From contig CAYWEM010000001.1 in assembly GCA_964457225.1 (NCBI GenBank), positions 317,957-381,956 on the forward strand: 64,000 nucleotides of DNA, written 5' to 3'. How positions within the stretch are numbered: the stretch's first letter is position 1; every line of letters starts with the position of its first letter. The notes beneath the pieces are model-generated. The model searched no databases. It was not told the origin of the DNA and worked only from the letters and a program-made list of their open reading frames with translations. A program made the position numbers and the translations under genes. Below, one piece after another: positions 28,403 through 38,448 of the stretch. Source of the DNA: an uncultured Clostridia bacterium. Its GTDB lineage: Bacteria; Acidobacteriota; Aminicenantia; UBA2199.

Positions 28403-29887
28403 ATGTACACAACAAAATCTACAATAAAAAATCCCAAAACAAATAAAAGAATCATCAGGCCGGCCTCGGCTGCCCCGGGGATCATCCTGCTGGTCATACT
28501 TTTGCTTTTACCGGCCTGCACCGTGAATCCCGTAACCGGCAAAAGAGAGCTGTCACTGATATCGGAAAAAGCAGAAATTGAAATCGGACGCCAGGTTGAC
28601 CAGGACATCCGCAGGCAATACGGCATCTACGAAAACCCGGCCCTGCACGATTACGTTAACAACGTCGCCCTGAACCTCCTGCCCTACGTGCACCGTCCCA
28701 ATTTAACCTACCACTTCGCCGTGCTCGACACCCCGGTGGTGAATGCCTTCGCTGCTCCCGGAGGATACATATACGTCACCAGAGGCATACTGGCCCTGAT
28801 GAACAGTGAAGCCGAGCTGGCCGTGGTACTGGGCCACGAACTCGGCCACGTCACCGCCCGGCACTCGGTACGCAAAATGAGCGGACTGCTGCTACTCAAC
28901 CTCGGCCTGGCCGTCGGCAGCCTGCTCAGTGAAGACATCGCCAAGGTGGCCGGATTCGCTTCCCTCGGAATCCAGGTGCTGTTCCTGAAATTCAGCCGCG
29001 ACGACGAGTACCAGGCCGATGCCCTGGGCCTTGAATACGCCCGCAAGGGCGGCTACCGTCCCAGGGAAATGATGACCTTCTTCTCTTCTTTGCAGAAAAT
29101 GAGCGAAAAGGGAGGCGGTCACAGGCTTCCGACTTTTCTCTCCACGCACCCCCTTACTGCGAACCGCATCAAGCGCGTCGGCGAACAGGTCAGCCCGGCG
29201 GACGACAACTTGCCGGTCAGGCAGGACAATTACATGAAACAGATCAACGGCATGGTTTTCGGCACCGATCCCCGCCAGGGCTATGCCGAGGCGGGAGCCT
29301 TCTATCATCCCGACCTCGCTTTCAGTTTCAGAATTCCAGACGGCTGGGAACTGCAAAACACGCCCCAGCAGGTTTACCTGGCCGCTGCCGACGGCGAGGC
29401 GGCACTGGTGCTGCGGGTCAGTGAAAGCAGCGGCAACCTCAAAGATCATCTCAAGGAAAACCTGGCCGGCCTCAATCAACCAGTCCTGCTGAACGAAAGG
29501 CAGTTGAACATCAACGGCCTGAATTCCTTGCAGCATTTCTACCAGGTAGCCGAGCAGAACAGTAACCTGGACCTGCAGATCACCGCCATCCGCAAAGAAA
29601 AAATGATCTATTCCTTCCTGGCCGTTACACCCCAGGGAGCATTCCAAAAACATGAAAAGTCATTATCAGCAATGATCAGTTCGTTCAGCCCTCTTCGTGA
29701 CCGCGGACACCTGCAGCGCCGACCGCTGCGCCTGGTCACCACCCGGGCTCCTGGAGGCAGAAGCCTGGAATCGATATTCGAGCAATCCGGAATTCCCAGG
29801 ACCGTCTGGCCGCATCTGGCTGATCTGAACGGAATCGACCCAAAAAGTGTACCCGCCTCGAACAGCTGGGTAAAACTGGCCCGCTGA
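28403..29887 (+). CDS. M48 family metalloprotease lipoprotein
   Basis: Lipobox LPAC followed by NPVTGKRE; VNAFAAPGG, HELGH, FSRDDEYQAD, FLSTHP. Confidence 0.9.
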   Translation: MYTTKSTIKNPKTNKRIIRPASAAPGIILLVILLLLPACTVNPVTGKRELSLISEKAEIEIGRQVDQDIRRQYGIYENPALHDYVNNVALNLLPYVHRPNLTYHFAVLDTPVVNAFAAPGGYIYVTRGILALMNSEAELAVVLGHELGHVTARHSVRKMSGLLLLNLGLAVGSLLSEDIAKVAGFASLGIQVLFLKFSRDDEYQADALGLEYARKGGYRPREMMTFFSSLQKMSEKGGGHRLPTFLSTHPLTANRIKRVGEQVSPADDNLPVRQDNYMKQINGMVFGTDPRQGYAEAGAFYHPDLAFSFRIPDGWELQNTPQQVYLAAADGEAALVLRVSESSGNLKDHLKENLAGLNQPVLLNERQLNINGLNSLQHFYQVAEQNSNLDLQITAIRKEKMIYSFLAVTPQGAFQKHEKSLSAMISSFSPLRDRGHLQRRPLRLVTTRAPGGRSLESIFEQSGIPRTVWPHLADLNGIDPKSVPASNSWVKLAR

Positions 29888-30051
29888 CAGATTTTCCGGT
29901 TTCGCGCAGCCAGGCTCGAGTTCCGGGTTTTGTTGCCAGGTTCCGGCGAAAATGTTATTATTAAAACCAAAATGACCAGAGCCATGTCGATCCTTCCGAA
30001 CCAGGCCCGTCATGAAACGGAGTTTTGCCCTCTCAAGCCGGAGAAGATTCC

Positions 30052-30969
30052 ATGAAGACCGTAATGCCTGATAACACAAGGCTCTACATATCATCACTGC
30101 GGCTTGAACGCTGGCCGCGGAGCCTGGCCATTATCCCCGGAGCCGCGGCTGCCCTGGTTCTTTACCAAGAAAGCCTGGCCGGGATTATCGGTTCGCTTCA
30201 AATCCCAGGTTTGATCCTGGCCTTTTTCCTGACCTGGCTGATCTCCAGCGCCAATTACATAGTCAATGAAATAACAGATGCTCCTTTTGATGCCTTTCAT
30301 CCGGCCAAAAAAAACCGCCCGCTGGTCGACGGCCGAATATCAAGACTGCCTTTGGCTCTTTTGGGCCTTTTCTTCATCGCCCTGGCCCTGGCCCTGGCCC
30401 TGGCCTGTTTCAAACGCGAGCTGGTTCTCTCTCTGCTGGCTCTTTTTCTGGCCGGCCTGGCCTACAACGTACCTCCGGTGAGAATCAAGGACCTGCCCTA
30501 CCTCGATTCAACCCTGGAGTCGGCCAACAACCCGATTCGTTTCATGATAGGCTGGTATGTAATTGCCGCCGATTTTCCCCCGCTATCCCTGCTGGTTTCC
30601 TGGTGGGCTTTCGGCAATTTCCTGATGATCGGAAAAAGGGTTGCCGAAAAGAAATTTCTGACCGACTCGGAATCAGCGGGGTACCGTAAATCGCTGATCC
30701 GCTCAACCGTATCCGGACTTCTTTTTTTCATGATCGCCAACTCAGTTCTTTTCCTGGCCACCTTCACCGTGTTCGCACTGCAGGCCGGCTTGATCACCAT
30801 TCTTTATGCCCTGCCCTTCGTGATCGCCTATCTTGCTTTTTTCATCTGGAAATCAATCCAGGACCAGGAAACAGCCGAAGAACCGGAAAAGCTTTTTAAA
30901 AACCCGTTTTTTGCCTTTTATACCGTGTTTCTGGCCGTTCTTTTCCTGGTGGCATTTCTGTTGCGGTGA
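30052..30969 (+). CDS. UbiA prenyltransferase family (decaprenyl-phosphate phosphoribosyltransferase-like)
   Basis: NYIVNEITDAPFDAFHPAKKNRPL motif; multi-TM. Confidence 0.8.
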   Translation: MKTVMPDNTRLYISSLRLERWPRSLAIIPGAAAALVLYQESLAGIIGSLQIPGLILAFFLTWLISSANYIVNEITDAPFDAFHPAKKNRPLVDGRISRLPLALLGLFFIALALALALACFKRELVLSLLALFLAGLAYNVPPVRIKDLPYLDSTLESANNPIRFMIGWYVIAADFPPLSLLVSWWAFGNFLMIGKRVAEKKFLTDSESAGYRKSLIRSTVSGLLFFMIANSVLFLATFTVFALQAGLITILYALPFVIAYLAFFIWKSIQDQETAEEPEKLFKNPFFAFYTVFLAVLFLVAFLLR

Positions 30970-30974
30970 ATTCA

Positions 30975-31610
30975 ATGCCCGAGGCTTTCCTGCTGAAAAT
31001 CCTGCTGGCCGCCGCCCTGGGAGCCACCATCGGCCTGGAAAGGGAACTGGCCCAGAAAGAAGCCGGCCTGCGCACCAACATCCTGATCGCCGTCGGCAGC
31101 ACCCTGTTGACCGTTATATCCCAGCAGATCAACGACGGCGATCCGGCCAGGATCAGCGCCCAGATAGTCACCGGAATCGGTTTCATCGGCGCCGGAGCCA
31201 TAATCCAGGCCCGGCGGGCCGTGCAAGGCATAACCACGGCGGCCACCATCTGGATGGTAGCCGGTATCGGCATTGCCGTGGGTTATGGTCTCTATCTGCC
31301 GGCTTTCCTGGTCACACTGCTGGCTGTAATCGTGCTGACCCTGCTCAGACTCCCGAGCCGACTCTTCTCCGTCTCCCAGAAAAACAACGTGTATCAGGTC
31401 AGGACCGAAGCGGGAACAGTCGTTCTGCTCGACATCAAGCAAATCATGGCTGAACTGGGAATCAAACCGCTGCACCTTGCAATCAACAAAAAAGATCGGC
31501 TTTTTGACCTGGAAATAGTGTTCAACGCCTCGGAAAACAAAAACCGCCTGTTCCTGGAACGCCTGCTGCAATTGAAGGAAATCCTGGAAATAACCAATGA
31601 CCATTTATGA
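30975..31610 (+). CDS. MgtC/SapB family protein
   Basis: IGLERE...AGLRTNIL, DPARISAQIVTGIGFIGAG, GITTAATIW. Confidence 0.92.
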   Translation: MPEAFLLKILLAAALGATIGLERELAQKEAGLRTNILIAVGSTLLTVISQQINDGDPARISAQIVTGIGFIGAGAIIQARRAVQGITTAATIWMVAGIGIAVGYGLYLPAFLVTLLAVIVLTLLRLPSRLFSVSQKNNVYQVRTEAGTVVLLDIKQIMAELGIKPLHLAINKKDRLFDLEIVFNASENKNRLFLERLLQLKEILEITNDHL

Positions 31611-31686
31611 TTCAAGACGGCCGACCGGCCAAAAGATCCGCGCCCGGCCTGTTTTCAGGCCGACATCAACAAGCCTAGGAGGTTTT

Positions 31687-33372
31687 ATGAAAGTTTTTTA
31701 CAAAGTCTGCGGGGTATTGATCGCCCTGCTCCTTTTCTCCCAGCCCGCCATTGAGGCCTGCACCAATTTTCTGATCACCAGGGGCGCCAGCCTTGACGGA
31801 TCGACCATGGTGACCTATACGGCCGACTCCCACGTTCTTTTCGGGGAACTGTACTTCACCCCGGCCGGTCGGCACATAGAGGGCAGTCCCCTGCGTGTTT
31901 TCGAATGGGACACCGGGAAATACCTGGGTGACATCAAGCAGGTGGCTTCCACCTACAGCGTAGTCGGCAACATGAACGAGCATCAGCTGGTGATCGGAGA
32001 AACTACTTTCGGCGGCCGTCGCGGGCTTCATGATCCGAAAGGAATTATCGATTACGGTAGCCTGATGTACCTGGCCCTGCAGCGGGCCAAAACGGCCCGC
32101 GAAGCGATCCGGGTCATGACCGACCTGGTCAGGGAGTACGGTTATTACAGTTCGGGTGAATCTTTTTCCATTGCCGACGCCAATGAGGTCTGGATAATGG
32201 AAATGATCGGCAAAGGCCCGGAAAACAAGGGCGCGGTCTGGGTCGCCCGGCGTGTTCCCGAAGGATATATTTCCGCCCATGCCAACCAGGCCCGCATCCG
32301 CCAGTTCCCCCTGGCCAACGGCCGCACTTCGATCACCTGTAAAGACATTTCACTGATAAACAACCCCAGGATTGAAACTGTCTACGCCCACGACACCATC
32401 GAATTCGCCCGTAGCCAGGAATACTTTGCCGGCCCGGATCAGGAATTCAGTTTCACCGATGCCTATGCCCCCCTGAGCTTCGGCGGCCTGCGCTTTTGTG
32501 AAGCCCGTGTCTGGAGCATGTTCCGCCGCGCGGCGCCAAGCCTGAACATTTCCCCTGATTTCGCCATGGGCGTGGCCGGAGCCGAGCCCATGCCCCTGTG
32601 GATCAAGCCCGACAAGAAGCTTTCCGTACGCGATGTCATGGAACTGCTGCGTGACCATTTCCAGGATTCGGAAATGGACCTGACCGTGGGCATCGATGCC
32701 GGCCCATATGGCCTGCCCTATCGCTGGCGGCCGCTGACCTGGAAAGTCGATGAAGAGGAATACTTCAACGAAAGAGCCACCTCGACCCAGCAGACCGGCT
32801 TCTCCTTCGTCTCGCAATCCCGTTCCTGGCTGCCTGATCCAATCGGCGGCGTACTCTGGTTCGGCGTTGACGACACCTATTCTACCGTTTACATGCCGAT
32901 GTACTGCGGCATCAGGGAGGTTCCGAAAAGCCTGGCCGTCGGCACGGCTGATTTTGATCGTTTTTCCTGGGATTCGGCATTCTGGGTCTTCAATTTCGTG
33001 GCCAACTGGGCCTATTCCCGCTACCAGGACATGATCCAGGACATCCAGATTGTGCAGCGTGAACTCGAAGGAGCTTTCCTGGCCCGTCAGCCGGAAATCG
33101 ACCAGGCAGCCCTGCAGCTTTTCAAATCGGCTCCGGAACTGGCCCGGGATTACCTGACCGCCTATTCTATCAAGCAGGCGGAAATGACCACCAGGCGCTG
33201 GAAGGAACTGGGTGAACACCTGATCTGGAAATACCTTGACGGCAACGTACGCAATGAACTGGGCAAGGTAACCCATCCCGGGTATCCCGATTCCTGGCAG
33301 CGCCGGATCATAAAGGAACGCGGTGATCACTACCGGGTGAAAAAAGTCCAGCAGGAAACGGAACGCCCCTGA
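31687..33372 (+). CDS. C69 family dipeptidase (Ntn hydrolase)
   Basis: Signal peptide followed by nucleophile motif ACTNF; MNEHQLVIGETT, GESFSIAD. ATG after AGGAGG. Confidence 0.88.
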   Translation: MKVFYKVCGVLIALLLFSQPAIEACTNFLITRGASLDGSTMVTYTADSHVLFGELYFTPAGRHIEGSPLRVFEWDTGKYLGDIKQVASTYSVVGNMNEHQLVIGETTFGGRRGLHDPKGIIDYGSLMYLALQRAKTAREAIRVMTDLVREYGYYSSGESFSIADANEVWIMEMIGKGPENKGAVWVARRVPEGYISAHANQARIRQFPLANGRTSITCKDISLINNPRIETVYAHDTIEFARSQEYFAGPDQEFSFTDAYAPLSFGGLRFCEARVWSMFRRAAPSLNISPDFAMGVAGAEPMPLWIKPDKKLSVRDVMELLRDHFQDSEMDLTVGIDAGPYGLPYRWRPLTWKVDEEEYFNERATSTQQTGFSFVSQSRSWLPDPIGGVLWFGVDDTYSTVYMPMYCGIREVPKSLAVGTADFDRFSWDSAFWVFNFVANWAYSRYQDMIQDIQIVQRELEGAFLARQPEIDQAALQLFKSAPELARDYLTAYSIKQAEMTTRRWKELGEHLIWKYLDGNVRNELGKVTHPGYPDSWQRRIIKERGDHYRVKKVQQETERP

Positions 33373-34004
33373 AGCATTCAGACGAGGAAAGCTTTTCCGA
33401 AAACCGGCCGGGCCTGGTCATAGCCACCTTCAACCAGGCCAAGAAGAGGGAGATCGAGGCCCGGCTGGCTTTCCTGGACCGTAACCTGCAGGTCTATTCC
33501 CTGGCTGAAGCCGGAATCAACAGTATCGCCCCGGAAAAAGGGCGCAGTTTCAGGGCCAATGCCTGCCAGAAAGCGCTTTTCTACAGCAGGCTGACTGACA
33601 TAGCGGTTCTGGCCGATGACTCAGGATTGGAAGTGGCCGCCCTCAAAGGCCGGCCCGGGATTTTTTCGGCCCGATACGCCGGCCCGGAATCAAGCCCGGC
33701 AGAATGCCTGGAAAAGGTTTTACTGGAAATGACCGGCCGGGAAAACCGCGCCTGCCGCTTTGTCGCCGTACTGGCCCTGGCCCGCCGGGGGGTGCTGCTC
33801 AGGACTTTTCGCGGAGTCGTCGATGGCTTGCTGACCACCGAGGCCCGGGGCAGCCGGGGCTTCGGTTATGACCCGGTTTTTTTCTATCCCCAGGCCGGCC
33901 GGACTTTCGCTGAAATGAGCCCGGCTGAAAAAAACGAAGTATCGCATCGCTCCAGGGCCCTGCAGTCTTTCCTGCGTTATGTCGACCGCGATCATCCCTG
34001 GTAG
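33369..34004 (+). CDS. rdgB: RdgB/HAM1 non-canonical purine NTP pyrophosphatase; non-canonical start (CTG 33369 or 33414)
   Basis: The ORF track starts at 33627, but the frame stays open upstream and encodes LVIATFNQAKKREI...ADDSGL. Also PGIFSARYAG, FGYDPVF, SHR. Confidence 0.88.
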   Translation: MKHSDEESFSENRPGLVIATFNQAKKREIEARLAFLDRNLQVYSLAEAGINSIAPEKGRSFRANACQKALFYSRLTDIAVLADDSGLEVAALKGRPGIFSARYAGPESSPAECLEKVLLEMTGRENRACRFVAVLALARRGVLLRTFRGVVDGLLTTEARGSRGFGYDPVFFYPQAGRTFAEMSPAEKNEVSHRSRALQSFLRYVDRDHPW

Positions 34005-34053
34005 AACTTATCTTTTTTTCAGTTTTGTATTATCATAGCCGGCAGGAGGAACA

Positions 34054-34566
34054 ATGAACCTGGCCGACTTTATCCGCGATGTGCCGGATTTCCCGGTTCC
34101 CGGAATAGTATTCAAGGACATAACCACTCTGATGCAGAACGGAGAGGCTTTTCGCTATGCCGCCAACCAGATTCTGGGGCGGTATCTTGACCAGAAAATC
34201 GACAAGGTACTGGGGATTGAATCACGCGGTTTCATATTCGGGGCCATCGTAGCCTATAAACTGGGCTGCGGTTTCATTCCGGCGCGCAAGCCCGGGAAAC
34301 TGCCGGCTGAGGCCTTACGGGAAGACTATGAACTGGAATACGGTACCGCCGCCCTGGAAATTCATGCCGATGCCATCAAAGCAGGAGAAAGAGTGTTGAT
34401 AGTCGACGATCTGCTGGCCACCGGCGGCACACTTCAGGCCGCGGTCAAACTGGTCGAAAGGCTCGGCGGCCGGGTCGCGGCCATAGAATGCCTGATCGAA
34501 CTGCAATTCCTGAAAGGCCGTGAGAAATTGGCCGGTCACCAGTTGCACTCGACCCTGGTCTACTGA
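34054..34566 (+). CDS. apt: adenine phosphoribosyltransferase
   Basis: DFPVPGIVFKDI, ESRGFIFG, RKPGKLP, PRPP motif VDDLLATGGT. Confidence 0.96.
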   Translation: MNLADFIRDVPDFPVPGIVFKDITTLMQNGEAFRYAANQILGRYLDQKIDKVLGIESRGFIFGAIVAYKLGCGFIPARKPGKLPAEALREDYELEYGTAALEIHADAIKAGERVLIVDDLLATGGTLQAAVKLVERLGGRVAAIECLIELQFLKGREKLAGHQLHSTLVY

Positions 34567-34573
34567 AGGACTT

Positions 34574-34963
34574 ATGCTGAGCATCCTGTTTCTGCTGCTG
34601 ACGGTGACCGAGCATTACCTGCTCATGCAGCCGATTGAGGAAGTGCTCTGGCAGAGAAACCAAGCCAGCCTGGCAGCCATCTGCCAGGAGAAACTGACGG
34701 TGGAACTGGAAGAACCCTTCGCCATTTCCGGCCATTTACCCCGAAGATACTTCGCCTTCCTCTTCCATGAACGCTATGATTCTCTTAAACTGATCCGGAT
34801 TGAATGGGGTTCCCTGCACATTGAAGACGAAATTGCCCTGCAATCACTGAACGTCATGCTTGACCACCGGGTCTCCGGGCAGACCATTGCCTACAAGTTC
34901 ATTTTTTTCATGAAAAAGGATCAGGAATGGAAACTGTTCCATCTCCGCGGCATGCGCTTCTGA
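34574..34963 (+). CDS. small exported hypothetical protein, possibly NTF2-like fold
   Basis: Hydrophobic N-terminus, C-terminal FMKKDQEWKLFHL; ATG after AAGGA. Confidence 0.6.
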   Translation: MLSILFLLLTVTEHYLLMQPIEEVLWQRNQASLAAICQEKLTVELEEPFAISGHLPRRYFAFLFHERYDSLKLIRIEWGSLHIEDEIALQSLNVMLDHRVSGQTIAYKFIFFMKKDQEWKLFHLRGMRF

Positions 34964-37900
34964 AAACAACCGCGGCCGCGTTGCTGATCACCGCTTTGAT
35001 CGGTTTCTTCTACCAGACCAGCCTGCGCCGGCTGCAAACACAGGATTCCCTGCAGACCATTGACCGCCAACTGAAGCGGGTTGAGCGCAAAATGCAGTTC
35101 AAGGCGGAAAAACTTCGGGCCCGTGCAACCCGGCTTCATGAAGCCAGGCTGAAAAATCGACTGAACGAACGGCTTAATTCCCGCGAAGCCCTGATCGTTG
35201 AAGATTACGGAGTCATCTTCGAATACTGGGGCGAAGTTCTACTGGTCGATTTCCCGGATCTGCCCCTGAATCACTGGTCTTTGGCAAAAAAAGGACAGGA
35301 GGTCTTCTTCACTCTGCGCCTGGAAGAGCATCTCTACTACAGTTCGCATTTTTTCACCCTGGAAAACGATGCCCTGTTCAATGACCTGGAAAAACTGCCG
35401 GCAACCCTGGACTGGTACTTTTCGAGTTCGCCCCTGGAAAGAACTGCCGAGCCTCAGCTGGAAACCTCGGACAACCGCGTCATCTATCCCCACAACTTTG
35501 CCGCGGCCAATCACCAGCTGGCCTTAACCCTGGCTTTTGATCCGCAGGAGTTTTCCGCCTTCGTCCGTTTCCGTTCCGCCTCGGTTTTCGCCTGGCTGCT
35601 GGCCCTGCTGGCCGCAACAGCGCTGGTGCCGGCCGCAAGACGTTTTTTACAAATCCCCGGGCAAGCAACTGTTCCGGCGGCGGTCCTGCTCTCCATAGCC
35701 TTGCTCTTTCTGCTGCAGAGAACGGAAGGCAACCTGTCCCTGCCCGGAGGCCTGTTTCCCCTCAATTCGACCTTTGCCCTGCTGGCCGTTCTTTTCCCGC
35801 TGCTGGTCGTTTTAACCAGGTTCCTCCGTCAGGAAAAGCCGGCAAAAACCTGGATATCACTGCTCTCTTTCAACTTCCTGCTGATTGTTGCCCTGTTCTT
35901 TCAACAAATCCTTTTAAACAACCTGCTGTTTGCCAGTTCCACTTTTACCATCAACCCGGATTATCTCAGCCTGGTTCTCCTGCTCCTGTTGCTGTACTAC
36001 CTGCCCCTGAGATTGACCCTGCCCCGGCTGAAACCGGTAAAAGACTGGAAAACAGTCATTTTTTTCTTTTCGTTCCAGGCCATCGGCGCCTTGACATGTC
36101 ATTTCCTGGTGTGGGGCGATCCGGTCGCCTTCATGCTCATTTCTCTGCTGCTGCTGGCCGGATTTTTCCTGAAAAAGAAACTCGGCCTGATTTTGCTCTT
36201 ACTGGGGACACTGGCTTTTCTGCTTACCTGGCAGCTGCACCTGAACGCCGGCCGGGACCGTGACTCCTTTATCAGCGAAAACCTGCGCCGGGTGATTCTG
36301 AGCCAGGGACATTACGCCAAGCTCATCGCCAGGGAAATACTGTACGAAGTCAACACCAGGCAGGGGGAACTGCACACCCTGTTCGTCGGAGATCGGCAGC
36401 ATTCACTTACCGACATCTGGAAGCGCAGCCTGGCCGGCAGGCTGGGCATTCCTTCGGGCATATTCGTACTGAATCCCGCCGGCGAAGTGCTGTCCAGTTT
36501 CAGCAACCGCATCCCCTACGTGGCTTTTGAAAAAAGAGACCTGCTTCCATTCTGGCATATCGAGGAGATCAGCGCCGATCTTTACGGCCGCGAGTACACC
36601 ATGGCCGCGGCTTCGATCGACATCTTTCACCAGGCGGTTCACCTGGGTCGGATCATGATCCAGGTGCCGAATTCGCCGGAAGTCTACAGTGGGGAAGAAC
36701 GGGAATACTCGATTTTCTCAGCCAACCCGAAAGCCGCAGCCGCCCGGATCGGCTACCTGAAAATGGATGAATCAGGCCGCATTCGCGAAAACCCCTTCAA
36801 CCTGACCATAGACAGCCTGGACATGACCAAGCTGGCCGATGGCCAATGGTTTCGTTTTCAGCACCTGGGCAGCCCTCTGCGGGGGCTTTTCTGCCGCGGC
36901 AGTGAATCCATCCTGATCATCTTTCACCCCCTGGTTAACCCTTTCCAGCTTTTTTCCACCTTCATCCTGCTGCTGTTGTTCATTTCCATTCCCCTGCTGC
37001 TCGATCTCGGGGGCCTGCCCGTCGGAGTTCCCTGGCGGTTGTTCTATCATTCTTTCTCGGTAAAAGTCTTTTTAATTCTGATCCTGATTTCCCTGCTGAC
37101 CGCATCCACTTTTTCTCTGTTCACCCTGAATTACAACCGCTTGGAGCAGGAAAGAAGAAACACCCGCATCTCCCATGAACGGGGCATGATCGCCAGGAAC
37201 ATTGCCGGAAGTATCTTTGCCGGCGGTTATGAAATCCGGCCGGAAGACCTGTTTTTCCTGTCCCGTATTCTGGAAACCGATGTCCATCTCTATAAAAACG
37301 GAATTCTGCTTTTCAGTTCCAACCCCCTGACCGTTGAATCCGGCCGAATTCCACTCTACCTTCATTCGGATATTCTGCGCAAACTGAACCGGGAAAACCG
37401 GGAAATGGAAATATCAACCAACGGTGCTTCGCTTGACCTGTTTTTTGCCGTCAACGGGGATTTGATTTTCCAACTGGCCGGGATATCAGAAAACAGTGAA
37501 CGCCTGCCCCGGCTTGACCTGCTCGGAGATTTCCTTATTTCCCTGTTTTTCCTGCTGGGCCTGGTCGGTACTGCGGCGGCCCTGTTCTTCCGCAGGAAAA
37601 TCATCGCCCCGATAGATGAACTCAACAAAAGCATGCTGGCCGCGGAAAAAGGAGTGCTGGAACCGCTGGGGCATATGCCCAGGGAAGTGGAACTGCAGAG
37701 CCTTTACCAGGGTTTCAACGCCATGATCTCGGGCATCAGGGAACAGAAACGCAGCACGGCCGAAATATCACGCATGAAAACCCTGATAAACCTGAGTTCC
37801 CGGGTGGCCCACGAGATAAAGAATCCCCTGACGCCCATCCAGTTGTCGGCTGAACAGATCGAAAAAGCGGTCAGCGACGCCAAGCCCGGTTTCACGGAAA

Positions 37901-38448
37901 TGGTACGCAAGGCAGTGGCATTCATCGTTGAAGAAACCAACCACCTGCGCCGGGTGGCCCACGGTTTTCTCGACCTGGCCAAAATAGAAACACTCAAGAG
38001 TGAACCATACGACCTGCCCGAGCTCTGCCGGGAAGAAGTGGCCGGCCTGGCTCCGCTTTTCCCCCAGGTTGAATTCAAGCTCAGCACCCCTGAGGAACTG
38101 GTCCTGAAAGGTGACCGGGTCAAGGTCAAGCAGGCCCTGAAAAACCTGCTGGTTAATTCCCTGGAAGCCTTGGGTGACCGCCGGGGTGTGATAGAACTGG
38201 AAGTGCGGGAACAGGGCGAGCAAGTCGGCGTAAAGGTCAGCGACGACGGCCCGGGTTTTTCTTGTCCCGAGGAAGGCGAAGCCGGCGACCTTGATTTCAC
38301 TTCAGCCAAGGAAGGAGGCAGCGGCCTCGGTCTTTTCATCGTCAGGCGAATCTGCGAACTGCACGGCGGCAGGTTGCTGATCGAGGCCGGTCCCGGCCTG
38401 GGATGCAGCATCACCATGATCCTGAACAAAAATGTTACGCAAGCCTGA
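34927..38448 (+). CDS. large multi-pass NtrY-like sensor histidine kinase (HAMP-HisKA-HATPase)
   Basis: H-box VAHEIKNPLTPI, N-box NLLVNS, DDGPG, GSGLGL; many TM segments. Confidence 0.9.
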   Translation: METVPSPRHALLKTTAAALLITALIGFFYQTSLRRLQTQDSLQTIDRQLKRVERKMQFKAEKLRARATRLHEARLKNRLNERLNSREALIVEDYGVIFEYWGEVLLVDFPDLPLNHWSLAKKGQEVFFTLRLEEHLYYSSHFFTLENDALFNDLEKLPATLDWYFSSSPLERTAEPQLETSDNRVIYPHNFAAANHQLALTLAFDPQEFSAFVRFRSASVFAWLLALLAATALVPAARRFLQIPGQATVPAAVLLSIALLFLLQRTEGNLSLPGGLFPLNSTFALLAVLFPLLVVLTRFLRQEKPAKTWISLLSFNFLLIVALFFQQILLNNLLFASSTFTINPDYLSLVLLLLLLYYLPLRLTLPRLKPVKDWKTVIFFFSFQAIGALTCHFLVWGDPVAFMLISLLLLAGFFLKKKLGLILLLLGTLAFLLTWQLHLNAGRDRDSFISENLRRVILSQGHYAKLIAREILYEVNTRQGELHTLFVGDRQHSLTDIWKRSLAGRLGIPSGIFVLNPAGEVLSSFSNRIPYVAFEKRDLLPFWHIEEISADLYGREYTMAAASIDIFHQAVHLGRIMIQVPNSPEVYSGEEREYSIFSANPKAAAARIGYLKMDESGRIRENPFNLTIDSLDMTKLADGQWFRFQHLGSPLRGLFCRGSESILIIFHPLVNPFQLFSTFILLLLFISIPLLLDLGGLPVGVPWRLFYHSFSVKVFLILILISLLTASTFSLFTLNYNRLEQERRNTRISHERGMIARNIAGSIFAGGYEIRPEDLFFLSRILETDVHLYKNGILLFSSNPLTVESGRIPLYLHSDILRKLNRENREMEISTNGASLDLFFAVNGDLIFQLAGISENSERLPRLDLLGDFLISLFFLLGLVGTAAALFFRRKIIAPIDELNKSMLAAEKGVLEPLGHMPREVELQSLYQGFNAMISGIREQKRSTAEISRMKTLINLSSRVAHEIKNPLTPIQLSAEQIEKAVSDAKPGFTEMVRKAVAFIVEETNHLRRVAHGFLDLAKIETLKSEPYDLPELCREEVAGLAPLFPQVEFKLSTPEELVLKGDRVKVKQALKNLLVNSLEALGDRRGVIELEVREQGEQVGVKVSDDGPGFSCPEEGEAGDLDFTSAKEGGSGLGLFIVRRICELHGGRLLIEAGPGLGCSITMILNKNVTQA

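Noticed and set aside
30378-30405. CCTGGC hexamer tandem repeat
   Set aside because: Encodes Leu-Ala repeats in a TM helix; in-frame and too short for a VNTR or phase-variation claim.
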